DNA of 60,697 nucleotides, the filler included. It is 3 parts of 3 records of this genome, joined end to end, with 100 filler letters (N's around TTAATTAATTAA, not from the genome) between each part and the next. Parts side by side here need not be neighbours in the genome. Positions count along the whole stretch, not along the records: positions 27,530 to 49,821 come from SRR20825006_200; positions 49,922 to 60,697 come from SRR20825006_207; 1 more part is not named here. One strand, 5' to 3'. The position numbers and the translations under genes are program-made. Under the pieces are notes generated by a model, which saw nothing but the letters and a program-made list of their open reading frames with translations, ran no database searches and was not told the DNA's origin. Positions 47,221-58,351 of this stretch are shown here, one piece after another (positions within the stretch are counted from its first letter, which is position 1; each line of letters starts with the position of its first letter).

Positions 47221-47715
47221 ATGGAAGACAGTTATCACCTTTTGGTGAACGAAGGTTATGAGTTTCAATTCAAACCAGAAGATGCCAATATTATTGACCA
47301 AACCAATCTTTCTGAAGCAAAAATACACTTGCTTCACAATCAAAAGTCTTTTTCTGTGGAGGTTTTGGAGAATGATTTCCCAAATAGAAGTTATGCAATA
47401 AAAGTAAATGGCAACATTTATAAAGTTGCAATTGAAACTGCACTCGATCAACTAATTAAGAAGATGGGGCTTTCATTGGGCAATGCATCCGTTGAAGATG
47501 AAATCCATGCACCAATGCCAGGTATTATTTTAGAAGTAAATGCTTCTGAAGGAAAAGAAGTTAAAAAAGGCGATTTTCTTTGTGTTTTGGAAGCCATGAA
47601 AATGGAAAATACACTTACTGCACCTCGTGATGGAATTGTAAAATCTATTACTATCGCTAAAGGCGAAACGGTGGAAAAAGGAAAGTTGCTAATTGAATTA
47701 GAGAAAAATGATTAA
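47221..47715 (+). CDS. Biotin carboxyl carrier protein of an acyl-CoA carboxylase
   Basis: APMPG and EAMKMEN biotinylation motif. Confidence 0.93.
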   Translation: MEDSYHLLVNEGYEFQFKPEDANIIDQTNLSEAKIHLLHNQKSFSVEVLENDFPNRSYAIKVNGNIYKVAIETALDQLIKKMGLSLGNASVEDEIHAPMPGIILEVNASEGKEVKKGDFLCVLEAMKMENTLTAPRDGIVKSITIAKGETVEKGKLLIELEKND

Positions 47716-49150
47716 AAAAATATTGATTGCCAATCGTGGTGAAATAGCATTACGGATAATGAAAACTGCCCGAAATATGGGGCTTAAGACAGTTGCTGTA
47801 TATTCTGAAGCTGATAGAAATGCACCACATGTAAAATTTGCAGATGAGGCTGTATGTCTCGGACCACCACCTTCAAACGAATCTTATTTACTTGGGGATA
47901 AAATTATAAAAGTTGCTAAGCAATTGAACGTGGATGCCATTCATCCTGGTTATGGATTTTTAAGTGAAAACGCCGATTTTGGGGAACAGGTTGAAAAAAG
48001 TGGAATGACTTTTATTGGTCCAAAATCGTATGCCATCCGTGTTATGGGAAGTAAACTTGCGGCTAAAGATGCGGTAAAAAAATACGATATTCCGATGGTT
48101 CCTGGAACCGATGAAGCCATAACAGATGTAGGTGCAGCAAAGGAAATTGCCAAAGAAATAGGTTTCCCGATTTTAATAAAAGCCTCTGCTGGAGGTGGTG
48201 GAAAAGGAATGCGTATTGTTGAAAACGCCAACGAATTTGAAGACCAAATGAAACGCGCAATCAGTGAAGCAGAAAATGCTTTTGGTGACGGTTCAGTGTT
48301 TATTGAAAAATTTGTAAGCTGTCCAAGACATATTGAAATTCAGGTTTTGGCAGATAATTTTGGGAATACCGTTTATCTTTTTGAAAGAGAATGTAGCATT
48401 CAACGACGTCATCAAAAAGTAGTTGAGGAAGCACCTTCCGCTGTTTTAACACCTGAATTACGTAAACAAATGGGCGAAGCAGCTGTAAAAGTTGCAAAAG
48501 CTTGTGATTATGTAGGCGCGGGAACAGTAGAGTTTCTTTTGGACGAAAAGCACAATTTTTATTTCCTAGAAATGAATACGCGCTTGCAAGTGGAACATCC
48601 GGTGACTGAAATGATAACGGGTCTCGATTTGGTGGAGCAGCAGATAAATGTTGCAAACAATGAAAAACTTTCCTTCACTCAGGAAGATTTAAAAATTACA
48701 GGACATTCTTTTGAGCTTCGTGTATATGCTGAAGATCCGCTAAACAATTTTATGCCAAGCGTTGGAACATTAGAAGTATATCGTGCTCCAAGTGGGAAAA
48801 ATATTCGGGTGGACGATGGATTTACTGAAGGAATGGAAGTGCCAATTCAGTACGACCCGATGCTTTCAAAATTGATAACTTACGGAAAAAGCAGAAATGA
48901 AGCAATGCAACGTATGCTAGAAGCCATTGCTGAATATGAAATTGAAGGTGTAAGCACTACGCTTCCTTTTGGGAAATTTGTGTTTGAGCATGAAACTTTC
49001 CGAAGTGGAAATTTTGATACCAACTTTGTAAAGAAGTATTATTCCGAAGAAAAATTAAAAGCAATCAATGAAGAAGAAGCTAAGTTAGCAGCGCTTTTCG
49101 CATTGAAAGAATATTTAAAAGATTCCGAAAAACTACGATTACCAAAATAA
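47708..49150 (+). CDS. accC: Biotin carboxylase subunit
   Basis: [46 protein letters not shown] and YDPMLSKL. Confidence 0.93.
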   Translation: MIKKILIANRGEIALRIMKTARNMGLKTVAVYSEADRNAPHVKFADEAVCLGPPPSNESYLLGDKIIKVAKQLNVDAIHPGYGFLSENADFGEQVEKSGMTFIGPKSYAIRVMGSKLAAKDAVKKYDIPMVPGTDEAITDVGAAKEIAKEIGFPILIKASAGGGGKGMRIVENANEFEDQMKRAISEAENAFGDGSVFIEKFVSCPRHIEIQVLADNFGNTVYLFERECSIQRRHQKVVEEAPSAVLTPELRKQMGEAAVKVAKACDYVGAGTVEFLLDEKHNFYFLEMNTRLQVEHPVTEMITGLDLVEQQINVANNEKLSFTQEDLKITGHSFELRVYAEDPLNNFMPSVGTLEVYRAPSGKNIRVDDGFTEGMEVPIQYDPMLSKLITYGKSRNEAMQRMLEAIAEYEIEGVSTTLPFGKFVFEHETFRSGNFDTNFVKKYYSEEKLKAINEEEAKLAALFALKEYLKDSEKLRLPK

Positions 49151-49154
49151 AACC

Positions 49155-49215
49155 TTCGTGTTCACTCTGTCTCCGTGGTGAAAAAGCAACCACAGCGACA
49201 CAGAAACACATAGAA
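49155..49215. repeat. Intercistronic REP-like imperfect palindrome
   Basis: TGTCTCCGTGGT faces ACCACAGCGACA around a GAAAAAGCA loop, with flanking GTGTT / AACAC. Confidence 0.6.
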
Positions 49216-49230
49216 AAAGCATATACTAAT

Positions 49231-49821
49231 ATGACCGATACAAATAAAAAACTGCAAGAAATAATTTCCGAAGCAAAAAAAGGCGGAGGTGAAAAACGAA
49301 TTGCAAAACAACACGAAAAGAAAAAACTTACTGCCCGCGAGCGTGTGGAATATTTACTAGATGAAGGTTCTTTTGAAGAAATGGGAATCTTGGTTACACA
49401 CCGCACCACCGATTTTAATATGCAAGACGAAGTGTATTATGGCGATGGCGTGGTTACAGGTTATGGAACAATAAATGGGCGCTTGGTATACATTTTTGCA
49501 CAAGATTTTACTGTTTTTGGTGGCGCACTTTCAGAAACTCACGCCGAAAAAATATGTAAAATTATGGATCACGCAGTACGTGTTGGCGCGCCAGTAATTG
49601 GGTTAAACGACTCTGGTGGGGCACGTATACAAGAAGGCGTGCGCTCTTTGGGTGGTTATGCAGATATTTTTTATAGAAATGTACAAGCTTCAGGCGTAGT
49701 TCCACAGATTTCAGCAATTATGGGGCCTTGTGCTGGTGGAGCAGTTTATTCTCCAGCGATGACCGATTTTACCTTGATGGTGCAAGACAGTAGTTATATG
49801 TTTGTTACGGGGCCAAATGTG
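49231..49821 (+). CDS. pccB: Acyl-CoA (propionyl-CoA-type) carboxylase beta subunit, 3'-truncated
   Basis: [45 protein letters not shown] and FVTGP. Confidence 0.9.
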
Positions 49822-49921
49822 NNNNNNNNNNNNNNNNNNNNNNNNNNNNNNNNNNNNNNNNNNNNTTAATTAATTAANNNNNNNNNNNNNNNNNNNNNNN
49901 NNNNNNNNNNNNNNNNNNNNN
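49822..49921. other. Artificial contig linker
   Basis: 44 N + TTAATTAATTAA (49866-49877) + 44 N, with an abrupt AT-rich to GC-rich switch. Confidence 0.99.
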
Positions 49922-50791
49922 GGCAAGGAAGTCGTCGCCCGCATGATCCATACGAGCTCGGCCCGTGCGAGCGGCCCGTTCACGGTACTGAATTGCGCGA
50001 CGCTGAGCCCGGAGCGGCTTGAAATAGAGCTTTTCGGCGCGGAGCGCCGGGATGGCGAGAGTGATGAAGGCCGCACCGTTGGTATGCTGGAGCAGGCCCA
50101 TAAAGGCACATTGTTCCTTGATGAAGTCGCGGACATGCCGAAGGAAACCCAGGGCAAGATCGTCCGGGTTTTGCAGGAGCAACGGTTCCGGCGGGTTGGC
50201 GGGGAGCGGGAAATTTCCGTCGATGTCCGGGTCATCGCTTCGACCAACAGGGATCTTCAGCAGGAAATATCAACAGGCCGTTTCCGCGAGGATCTTTATT
50301 ACCGGCTGAACGTGGTGCCTATCATTGTCCCGGCGCTGTCCGAACGCCGGGAGGATATCCCGCTGCTCTGCACCCATTTCATTGAGCGTTCCGCACGCAG
50401 TTCGGGCATGTCGCACCGAGTTCTTGGCGAAGATGCCATTGCCGCGCTGCAGTCCTATGACTGGCCGGGCAATGTGCGTCAGCTTCGCAATGTAATTGAC
50501 TGGTTGCTGATCATGGCTCCCGGGGCGGCGAACGAGCCTGTGAAGGCGGAAATGCTGCCGCCGGAAATCGGGTCCGCAGCGCCGATCAGCCTCAATTTCG
50601 ACAAGGGTGTCGAAATCATGGGGATGCCGTTGCGTGAGGCCCGTGAAATGTTTGAGCGGGAATATCTTTTGGCCCAGGTAAACCGGTTCGGGGGAAACAT
50701 CTCCCGAACGGCCAGTTTTGTCGGTATGGAGCGGTCTGCACTTCATCGTAAACTGAAATCGCTCGGCGTCAGCGCCGAACGCTCTGCGTAA
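49922..50791 (+). CDS. ntrX: NtrX-type response regulator (AAA+ and Fis HTH part), 5'-truncated
   Basis: [38 protein letters not shown] and [25 protein letters not shown]. No GAFTGA loop. Sits upstream of trkA-hfq-hflX. Confidence 0.92.
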   Translation, partial: GKEVVARMIHTSSARASGPFTVLNCATLSPERLEIELFGAERRDGESDEGRTVGMLEQAHKGTLFLDEVADMPKETQGKIVRVLQEQRFRRVGGEREISVDVRVIASTNRDLQQEISTGRFREDLYYRLNVVPIIVPALSERREDIPLLCTHFIERSARSSGMSHRVLGEDAIAALQSYDWPGNVRQLRNVIDWLLIMAPGAANEPVKAEMLPPEIGSAAPISLNFDKGVEIMGMPLREAREMFEREYLLAQVNRFGGNISRTASFVGMERSALHRKLKSLGVSAERSA

Positions 50792-50818
50792 ACACCCTCT
50801 TCAGGACAGGATCACGGC

Positions 50819-52195
50819 ATGAAAGTCGTCATCTGCGGGGCCGGTCAAGTCGGTACCAGCATTGCTCAGCATCTCGCGGGCGAGAATAACGACGTGACGG
50901 TCATCGACCAGGACGCTGCCCTGGTTCGCAAGATCACGGAAACCCTTGATGTGCGCGGTGTGCATGGACTGGCTTCCCTGCCGTCCATCCTCGAGGGAGC
51001 GGGGACCCGGGACGCGGACATGCTGATCGCGGTCACCTATTCTGACGAGGTCAACATGGTGGCCTGCCAGGTGGCGCACTCGCTCTTCAATGTGCCGTCG
51101 CGTATCGCCCGGATCAGGCAGCAGGATTACTTGCAGCCTCTCTGGGCTGACCTGTTCAGCCGCGAGAACATGCCGATTGATCACATCATTTCGCCGGAAC
51201 GCGAAGTGGCCAAGGCTATCGGGCGGCGACTTCAGGTACCGGGGGCGTTCGACGTCCTGCCGATGGCCGACGGGATGGTGCGGGTTGTCGGCGTGCGCTG
51301 CGACGAGGAATGCCCGATCGTCAACACGCCGCTGCGCCAGCTCACCAGCCTGTTCTCGGATCTCAGCATTGTCGTTGTCGGTATCATCCGTGACGACCGG
51401 GGCATCGTGCCGAAGCCGGACGATCACATGCTGCCGGGAGACGATGTCTATTTCGTCTGTGATGTGGACCATCTGTCGCGCGCCATGGCTGCGTTCGGAC
51501 ATGAAGAAGAAGAGGGCCGGAGCGTTATTATCGCGGGCGGCGGCAATATCGGCCTGATGCTCGCCGAAGAGATCGAGTCCAAGCATTCCGGCGTCAGCGT
51601 CAAGGTCATCGAATATGACCGGGAGCGGGCCAAGCTCGTGGCCCAGACGCTCGATCATACCATGGTGCTGAACGGCGATGCTCTGGACACGGAAGTGCTG
51701 GAGGAGGCGAACGTTTCCAAGACGGAAACCTTCGTAGCTGTCTCCAACGACGATGAAGTGAATATCATTGGCTCGCTTCTGGCCAAGAGGGCGGGGGCCG
51801 ACCGGACGGTCGCCCTGATCAACAAGGGGACTTATGCCTCGCTGATTTCGACCCTTGGCGTGGATGCCGTGGTGAATCCGCGCGCCATTACGGTTTCGAC
51901 CATATTGCAGCATGTCCGCCGAGGGCGCATTCGCGGTGTTTATTCCCTGCGCGCCGATTTCGGTGAGGTGATCGAAGCGGAGGCGTTGGAAACATCGTCT
52001 CTCGTCGGCCACCCGTTGCGCGATGCGAAACTGCCGTCGGGTGTCATCATCGGGGCGATCTATCGAGGGGACAAGGTCCTCGTGCCGCGCGGCGATACCG
52101 TAATTCAGGCAAACGACCGGGTGATCCTGTTCGCGACCTACGAGGTGGTGAAAAAGGTCGAGAAGCTGTTCGCGGTCCGGCTGGATTTCTTCTAG
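50819..52195 (+). CDS. trkA: Trk potassium transporter regulatory subunit
   Basis: Two RCK repeats (GAGQVG, GGGNIG), DEVNMVAC and DDEVNI. Confidence 0.96.
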   Translation: MKVVICGAGQVGTSIAQHLAGENNDVTVIDQDAALVRKITETLDVRGVHGLASLPSILEGAGTRDADMLIAVTYSDEVNMVACQVAHSLFNVPSRIARIRQQDYLQPLWADLFSRENMPIDHIISPEREVAKAIGRRLQVPGAFDVLPMADGMVRVVGVRCDEECPIVNTPLRQLTSLFSDLSIVVVGIIRDDRGIVPKPDDHMLPGDDVYFVCDVDHLSRAMAAFGHEEEEGRSVIIAGGGNIGLMLAEEIESKHSGVSVKVIEYDRERAKLVAQTLDHTMVLNGDALDTEVLEEANVSKTETFVAVSNDDEVNIIGSLLAKRAGADRTVALINKGTYASLISTLGVDAVVNPRAITVSTILQHVRRGRIRGVYSLRADFGEVIEAEALETSSLVGHPLRDAKLPSGVIIGAIYRGDKVLVPRGDTVIQANDRVILFATYEVVKKVEKLFAVRLDFF

Positions 52196-52204
52196 GCCGA
52201 TGAC

Positions 52205-52858
52205 ATGAGAGAAATATCGAAGCCAAGCGCGATCCTGTTCGACTGGGACAGCACGCTCGTCGATAACTGGCCGGGCGTGACGGTCGCCATGAATGCGGCG
52301 CTGACCGCGTTTGAGCTGGCCGTCTGGACCGAGGCGGAAATGCGAGCCCGTGCTAAGCGTTCCATGCGGGAGAGTTTTCCGGAAATTTTCGGTCCGGGTT
52401 GGGAAAAGGCCCGCGATATTTTCTATGAGACCTTCGAGGCGAGGCATCTTGAGGGGCTTCGCGCGTTACCCGGTGCGGAAGAGCTGCTAATAGAGCTTCG
52501 GGACCGCTCGATCGTGCTCGGGGTAGTGAGCAACAAGAACGGGAATTTTCTTCGGGCCGAGGCGGAATGTCTCGGCTGGACCGGCCACTTTCATCGCATT
52601 GTTGGCGCGACGGATGCGGTGAAGGACAAACCCGCCCGTGATCCGGTCGATCTCGTGCTCGCGGAATCGGGGCATGAAGCCGGTGATCGGGTTTGGTTTG
52701 TTGGAGACTCCCTGGTGGATCTGCAATGCGGTCTGGCCAGCGGCTGTGTTCCGGTTCTTGTCGGGGAAGACCCTATTTCCGAGGCTGATCTGGTAAAATG
52801 GCCTCCGGCATTCCATTTCGCGGATTGCCACGAAATGCGACGGACGCTGACCGATTGA
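52205..52858 (+). CDS. HAD-superfamily hydrolase (phosphoglycolate phosphatase-like)
   Basis: FDWDSTLVD, VVSNK, KP and VGDSLVD. Confidence 0.9.
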   Translation: MREISKPSAILFDWDSTLVDNWPGVTVAMNAALTAFELAVWTEAEMRARAKRSMRESFPEIFGPGWEKARDIFYETFEARHLEGLRALPGAEELLIELRDRSIVLGVVSNKNGNFLRAEAECLGWTGHFHRIVGATDAVKDKPARDPVDLVLAESGHEAGDRVWFVGDSLVDLQCGLASGCVPVLVGEDPISEADLVKWPPAFHFADCHEMRRTLTD

Positions 52859-52973
52859 GTCGGACGGAGAAATAGTTATATAAAGGAGATGCTCATTTCG
52901 CATTTGCGAGATGAGGGCGGTGCCAGGCTTTTTAAGGCATGCGCTGAAACGCAACGAACAAAAGGTCCGTGCA

Positions 52974-53234
52974 ATGGCCAACGAAAAGAATCAAAACGTT
53001 CAGGAAGTGTTCCTTAACGCGATCCGGAAGAACAAGACTGCGGTTACAATTTTTCTTATCAACGGTGTGAAACTCCAGGGCATCGTCACATGGTTTGACA
53101 ATTTCTCCCTGCTGTTGCGCCGTGACGCTCATTCGCAGTTGGTCTACAAGCACGCGATCTCGACGATTATGCCGTCTCAGCCGGTTCAATTGTTTGAGCC
53201 GACACGGGAAGAAGGTGCTCTTGATCCTGAATGA
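52974..53234 (+). CDS. hfq: RNA chaperone Hfq
   Basis: [15 protein letters not shown]...[11 protein letters not shown]...FDNF...[13 protein letters not shown]. Start set at ATG 52974. Confidence 0.97.
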   Translation: MANEKNQNVQEVFLNAIRKNKTAVTIFLINGVKLQGIVTWFDNFSLLLRRDAHSQLVYKHAISTIMPSQPVQLFEPTREEGALDPE

Positions 53235-54541
53235 CCGGAGCGTGCATGGGTAGCACGCCGGGCACGAGCAGCGGACTGGCTCTCGTTGTCCATCCCTTCG
53301 AAAAACAGAGAGCGGGTGAGCCTGCGGCACTGCGAGACCCGGAGGGGCGTCTTGCGGAAGCCGTTGGGCTGACTGCAGCCATTGAGCTCGACGTGGTTCA
53401 CGCCGAGACCGTTTCGCTGTCCAAAGTCCGGCCTGCGACCTATCTGGGTGGCGGGGCCGTTGAACGGTTGGCGGGAACGGTCAAGGGGCTGGAAGTCGAT
53501 GTCGTTATCGTCGATGCCTCGCTCTCTCCGGTGCAGCAACGCAATCTCGAGAAGGAGCTTGAGTGTAAGGTCATTGACCGTACCGCTCTGATCCTTGAGA
53601 TCTTTGGTGCCAGGGCCCGGACTCATGAAGGCCGTCTTCAGGTCGAGCTGGCGGCTTTGACGTTCCAGCGCAGCCGCCTGGTCCGGTCATGGACACATCT
53701 TGAGCGCCAGCGTGGCGGATTTGGCTTTGTCGGCGGTCCCGGTGAAAGCCAGCTCGAGATCGACAGACGCCTGATCCTCGAGCGGATTTCCAGGATCCGT
53801 AATGAGCTTGAAGACGTAAAACGGACGCGGGAGCTGCATCGCGAGTCCCGGCGCAAGGTACCGTATCCGATCGTCGCGCTGGTTGGCTATACCAACGCCG
53901 GAAAATCGACACTTTTCAACCGGTTGACCGAGTCCGAAGTGTTTGCCAAGGATCTGCTCTTCGCGACCCTTGATCCGACCATGCGCCGGGTGGAACTGCC
54001 ATCCGGGCGAACGGTGATCCTGTCCGATACCGTGGGCTTCATTTCAGACCTGCCGACACATCTGGTCGCGGCTTTCAGGGCCACGCTCGAGGAAGTCCGC
54101 GAGGCGGATATTCTCCTGCATGTCCGTGACTTCTCGCACCCCGACAGCGATGCGCAGCGGGATGACGTTTTGTCCGTCCTGCGTGATCTGGGGCTTGAAG
54201 AACAGAAACTCGAAGACCAAACGGTCGAAATTCTGAACAAGATCGACCTGATGGAAGATCCCGCAAGTCTCGATAGCGCGTCCGGGAAAATGCACCGGAT
54301 CGCGGTTTCCGCGCTCACGGGGGAGGGCTGCAAGAATGTCCTTTCCGTGCTCGATGAAATGATCGGCGCGGCTGACGTCACACGGACTTTCGAGCTCGAT
54401 GTTACCGACGGGGCCGCGCTTGCGTGGTTGTATGAGCACGGTCAGGTCATGGAGCGGCAGGACGGGGAAACCGACATTTTGATGAAGGTACGCCTGGCTC
54501 CCGTGGATGCGGAACGTTTTGACGCCAGGTTCAATGTCTGA
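53231..54541 (+). CDS. hflX: Ribosome-splitting GTPase
   Basis: [31 protein letters not shown] and NKID; ATGA overlap with hfq. Confidence 0.97.
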   Translation: MTGACMGSTPGTSSGLALVVHPFEKQRAGEPAALRDPEGRLAEAVGLTAAIELDVVHAETVSLSKVRPATYLGGGAVERLAGTVKGLEVDVVIVDASLSPVQQRNLEKELECKVIDRTALILEIFGARARTHEGRLQVELAALTFQRSRLVRSWTHLERQRGGFGFVGGPGESQLEIDRRLILERISRIRNELEDVKRTRELHRESRRKVPYPIVALVGYTNAGKSTLFNRLTESEVFAKDLLFATLDPTMRRVELPSGRTVILSDTVGFISDLPTHLVAAFRATLEEVREADILLHVRDFSHPDSDAQRDDVLSVLRDLGLEEQKLEDQTVEILNKIDLMEDPASLDSASGKMHRIAVSALTGEGCKNVLSVLDEMIGAADVTRTFELDVTDGAALAWLYEHGQVMERQDGETDILMKVRLAPVDAERFDARFNV

Positions 54542-54646
54542 ACACGATATGCTAATGGTGATTTAGATCACTTCCAGAACAGGGCGTATACGGGTAGATA
54601 TCCAGACCCGCCTTGCATCGTCCGATGCGTCAGTTCAAAGGATCGC

Positions 54647-55471
54647 ATGACCAATATCCCAGACCCCGCCGCAGTCATCGAAATCATGCGTGAAACGGCG
54701 GATGCCGTAATTCTCCCCCGTTTCCGTTCTCTTCAGTCCGGTGAAATCCAGGAAAAAACCGGACCGGATGATCTGGTGACCATCGCGGATATCGAGTCCG
54801 AACGCCGTATGACCCCGTTACTGCGTGAGCTGTTGCCTGGCTCAAGCGTGGTTGGCGAGGAAGCTGTTGCCGATGATATTTCCGTTCTCGGCAATCTCAC
54901 GGCGGAGGCTCCTGCCTGGATCATCGATCCGGTTGACGGGACGCGCAACTTCACCAAGGGAAGCCGCAATTTTTGCGTGATGGTGGGGCTGGTTTACCGG
55001 CGCCAGCCGGTCCTTGGCTTTATCCTCGATCCGCTGGGCGAGCGTTGCGCGTTTGCCGTTCGTGGTGAGGGGGCCTGGATGCGGGATTATGATGATCGTG
55101 ATTCTGCATTATCCGTTCTGGCGCCGAAGCCAAGCGAGGAAATGCGGGGGGCTCTGAACTTTCGTTTCCTGTCATCGCCTTTGAAGGAGGAGATGAAGGA
55201 GCGGGCCAAGACCGGAGTGAGTGATCATTTCCGGCTAGGCTGTGCCGGCCACGAATATCTCACGTTGCTGACAGGCGATGCGCATTTCGCCATGTATCCG
55301 AAGAATATGCCGTGGGATCATGTGGCGGGCGCTCTTCTGCACCAGGAAGCGGGCGGTTTTCACGCCCGCTTCAACAAGCGCCCATATTATCCGGATCAGC
55401 TTGACGGCGGTCTGCTGATCGCGCCGGACGAAGCATCCTGGGACGAGCTCAGGGAAAAGCTCTGGCCGTAA
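54647..55471 (+). CDS. Inositol monophosphatase family protein
   Basis: DLVTIAD, GEE, WIIDPVDGTRNF and PWDHVAG. Confidence 0.92.
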   Translation: MTNIPDPAAVIEIMRETADAVILPRFRSLQSGEIQEKTGPDDLVTIADIESERRMTPLLRELLPGSSVVGEEAVADDISVLGNLTAEAPAWIIDPVDGTRNFTKGSRNFCVMVGLVYRRQPVLGFILDPLGERCAFAVRGEGAWMRDYDDRDSALSVLAPKPSEEMRGALNFRFLSSPLKEEMKERAKTGVSDHFRLGCAGHEYLTLLTGDAHFAMYPKNMPWDHVAGALLHQEAGGFHARFNKRPYYPDQLDGGLLIAPDEASWDELREKLWP

Positions 55472-55502
55472 CCCCTAAGGCAGAAGCCTCTGAGACGGTT
55501 GC

Positions 55503-56468
55503 CTAGGCCGCGCTCTTGTAGGTAAGCCCGCGGCCTTCTTCCAGGCCCAGCATCAGGTTCATGTTCTGAACCGCCGCGCCCGAAGCGCCCTTGCCCAGAT
55601 TGTCGAGTGTCGCCGCCAGCACGCATTGTCCGTTCTTCTCATTCGCGAAAACGTAAAAGCGGATTGTGTTGGTGCCGTTCTGCTCTTCCGGATCCAGGCG
55701 GGGAAGGGAGGCTGCTTCATCCAGAGGCGCCACATCGGCGAAGAGATGTCCGCTGTAATGGTCGCTGAGGCATTCGTGAATCCGCGCCGCGCCGATGCCA
55801 TCCTTGAGGGCCCAGAGATGCAGCGGCACATAGACCGCCATGCCCTTGTAATACCGTCCGACGCTCGGCTGGAAGATCGGCGCGTGCTCCAGCATGGAAT
55901 ATTGCTGCATCTCCGGCAGATGTTTGTGCTGCAGGTTGAGGCCATAGGCAAACACGTTCGCGGAAAGATGATCCGCTGCCGAAGTGTCTTCCATGGACTG
56001 GATCAACGCCTTGCCGCCGCCGGAATAACCCGAAACGGCATTCACAGTGACCGGATAATCGGCCGGAAGCAGGGCGTTCTCGACCAGTGGGCGGATCAGA
56101 CCGATGGCGCCGGTCGGATAGCAGCCTGGATTGCTGACAAAGCGGGCATGGCGCACGGCCTCTTCCTGGCCGGAGCTCAGTTCCGGAAAGCCGTATACCC
56201 AGTCATTATCCACCCGGTATGCCGTTGAGGCGTCGATGACCTTCGCATCCGGATTTTCGATCAGTGACACAGCTTCGATGGACGCGGCATCCGGCAGGCA
56301 GAGGATGGAGAGATCCGCTTCATTCAGCGCACGGCGTCGGGCTTCGGTATCCTTGCGTTCGTCCGCGCCGAGACTGATCAGGGAGACATCGTCCCGTCCC
56401 GCCAGTCGCTCGCGGATCTGCAGGCCCGTGGTCCCGGCTTCACCGTCGATGAAAATGCTTACCGCCAT
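55503..56468 (-). CDS. argC: N-acetyl-gamma-glutamyl-phosphate reductase (type 2)
   Basis: IDGEAGTTGL, SNPGCYPTG, SGYSGGGK and DNLGKGASG. Confidence 0.96.
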   Translation of the reverse strand: MAVSIFIDGEAGTTGLQIRERLAGRDDVSLISLGADERKDTEARRRALNEADLSILCLPDAASIEAVSLIENPDAKVIDASTAYRVDNDWVYGFPELSSGQEEAVRHARFVSNPGCYPTGAIGLIRPLVENALLPADYPVTVNAVSGYSGGGKALIQSMEDTSAADHLSANVFAYGLNLQHKHLPEMQQYSMLEHAPIFQPSVGRYYKGMAVYVPLHLWALKDGIGAARIHECLSDHYSGHLFADVAPLDEAASLPRLDPEEQNGTNTIRFYVFANEKNGQCVLAATLDNLGKGASGAAVQNMNLMLGLEEGRGLTYKSAA

Positions 56469-56504
56469 AGCGGATCTCCTCGTTGCGCGGCCCTGTTGCC
56501 GCGC

Positions 56505-57254
56505 TTATTTCCGCACAATATTGAATGGAGAGAAGGCTTGGCAACCCGCCATGATTTCAATCCGGTTGATATTCACATTCGCCGGGCGCGACGCGGCCCA
56601 GAAAATGGCGTCGGCGATGTCGTCGGCCGTGAGCGGATCGGTGCCGTCATAAAAATTGTCGGCCTTGTCGTTATCCCCCTTGAAGCGGACGGCGGAGAAC
56701 TCGGTATTGGCAAGACCCGGTTCGATATCCGTTGCCCGGATGTTCTTGCCGACAAGGTCCGCGCGCAAGTTCAGCGTGAACTGTTTCACGAAGGCTTTGG
56801 TGGCGCCGTAGACGTTACCGCCCGGATAGGGCCAGCTGCCGGCGACGGAGCCGAGATTGATGACATGGCCGCTGCCAGCGGAAACCATGTGGGGAAGCAT
56901 GGCGCGGGTGGTGTAGAGCAAGCCCTTGATGTTGGTATCGACCATGGTCTCCCAATCCTCGATCGCAACCTCGTCGGCGCCTTCCAGACCCAGGGCGAGA
57001 CCGGCATTGTTCACCAGCACGTCGACCGGCTTGAAGCTCTCCGGAATGCTGGCGATGCAAGCATCGACGGCGGCCTTGTCCTGCACGTCGAGTGTCACTG
57101 CATGGCATGGTGTCGGCAGCTCACCCTGTAGTTTCTCAAGGCGTTCTGTGCGACGGCCGGTGATGATGGTCTGCCAGCCTTCGGCGGCAAACCGGCGTGC
57201 GGTCGCTTCGCCGAATCCGGAGGTCGCGCCAGTGATGAAAACGGTCTTGGTCAT
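56505..57254 (-). CDS. SDR, YdfG-like NADP-dependent 3-hydroxy acid dehydrogenase
   Basis: TGATSGFG, NNAGLALG, YGATKAFV and TEFSAVRFKGD. Confidence 0.9.
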   Translation of the reverse strand: MTKTVFITGATSGFGEATARRFAAEGWQTIITGRRTERLEKLQGELPTPCHAVTLDVQDKAAVDACIASIPESFKPVDVLVNNAGLALGLEGADEVAIEDWETMVDTNIKGLLYTTRAMLPHMVSAGSGHVINLGSVAGSWPYPGGNVYGATKAFVKQFTLNLRADLVGKNIRATDIEPGLANTEFSAVRFKGDNDKADNFYDGTDPLTADDIADAIFWAASRPANVNINRIEIMAGCQAFSPFNIVRK

Positions 57255-57315
57255 GCCTTTTCTCCTTCGATAAAAGACAGTTAAAACAAAAATTTATGTC
57301 TTTTTGTTGATGTGA

Positions 57316-58179
57316 TCAGGCTTTGTCGAACTGTTTGGCGCGTTGCCAGAGGTCTTCCAGTTCACTCAAATCCGCCTGATCCGGGGAGCGTCCCGTTTCA
57401 TCATGCAGCATTGTCTCGACAGCCCGGAACCGGGTCTCGAATTTCCGGTTGCAGCGCCTGAGGGCACTCTCCGGGTCGATATCGAGTTTGCGGGCAAGAT
57501 TGACGCAAACGAACAGAAGGTCGCCGATTTCATCCTCGATCCGGTCGGGGTCACGCTCGGCCGGATGATCCTTCAATTCTGCGCGGACTTCGGCGATCTC
57601 TTCTTCCAGCTTGTCGAACACCTGATCCGCCTCCGGCCAGTCGAACCCGACGCGGCCGGCGCGCTTTTGCAGTTTCACCGCTCGCATCAGGGCGGGGAAG
57701 GCCGAAGACACATCATCCAGAGCGCTTGGCCGCACATCACTCTTGGCGGCTTTACGGGCGCGCTCTTCGGCTTTTTGCGCTTCCCAGTTCCGCGTCTGGG
57801 CGTCGGCATTGGCAACATTCTCTGACGCAAAAACATGCGGATGCCGCCGGATCATCTTTTCGGTGATGGCATGCGCCACGCTGTCGAAATCGAAATGCCC
57901 CGCTTCCTGACCGATTTGCGTGTGATAGATCACCTGAAGCAGCAGGTCGCCGAGTTCTTCCTCGAGATGGGGCATATCCCCTTCGGTGATCGCATCCGCA
58001 ACCTCGTAGGCTTCCTCGATGGTGTAGGGCGCGATCGTCTCGAAACTTTGCTCGATATCCCACGGGCATCCGCCATCCGGATCGCGCAGGCTCGCCATGA
58101 CCTGACGCAGCCTCTCAATGGGAGGCAAGTCGGAGGCGGGGATGGGTTTTGCCGCTGAATTCTTGATCTTTTCTGTCAT
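57316..58179 (-). CDS. mazG: Nucleoside triphosphate pyrophosphohydrolase
   Basis: GCPWD, EEAYEV, EELGDLL, RRHPHVF, GFDW and EIGDLLF tandem domains. Confidence 0.97.
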   Translation of the reverse strand: MTEKIKNSAAKPIPASDLPPIERLRQVMASLRDPDGGCPWDIEQSFETIAPYTIEEAYEVADAITEGDMPHLEEELGDLLLQVIYHTQIGQEAGHFDFDSVAHAITEKMIRRHPHVFASENVANADAQTRNWEAQKAEERARKAAKSDVRPSALDDVSSAFPALMRAVKLQKRAGRVGFDWPEADQVFDKLEEEIAEVRAELKDHPAERDPDRIEDEIGDLLFVCVNLARKLDIDPESALRRCNRKFETRFRAVETMLHDETGRSPDQADLSELEDLWQRAKQFDKA

Positions 58180-58351
58180 GATGGCGAAACCATAATCGTT
58201 GCCTCGATATGGTTAAAGGCCGAAGCGTTTCACTGGTGTCATTTCATTCGGCCGGGCTGTCTGAATTCTCGCTCCAGCAAGCAGAGGCCTTGACCTGACA
58301 GGATTAAGTCAGATCATGGGCCGTCTTTAATCATTCCAGAATCCCAATCAA

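Noticed and set aside
49943..50110. Missing GAFTGA loop in a sigma-54-type activator
   Set aside because: A known property of alphaproteobacterial NtrX, not novel.
50801..52447. 548-aa ORF antisense to trkA and the HAD gene
   Set aside because: Shadow ORF expected from codon bias in GC-rich DNA; no recognisable motif, and the opposite strand is a clear trkA.
57316..58179. MazG as part of a defence or toxin-antitoxin system
   Set aside because: Standard tandem-domain housekeeping MazG near hflX; no toxin or antitoxin neighbour.
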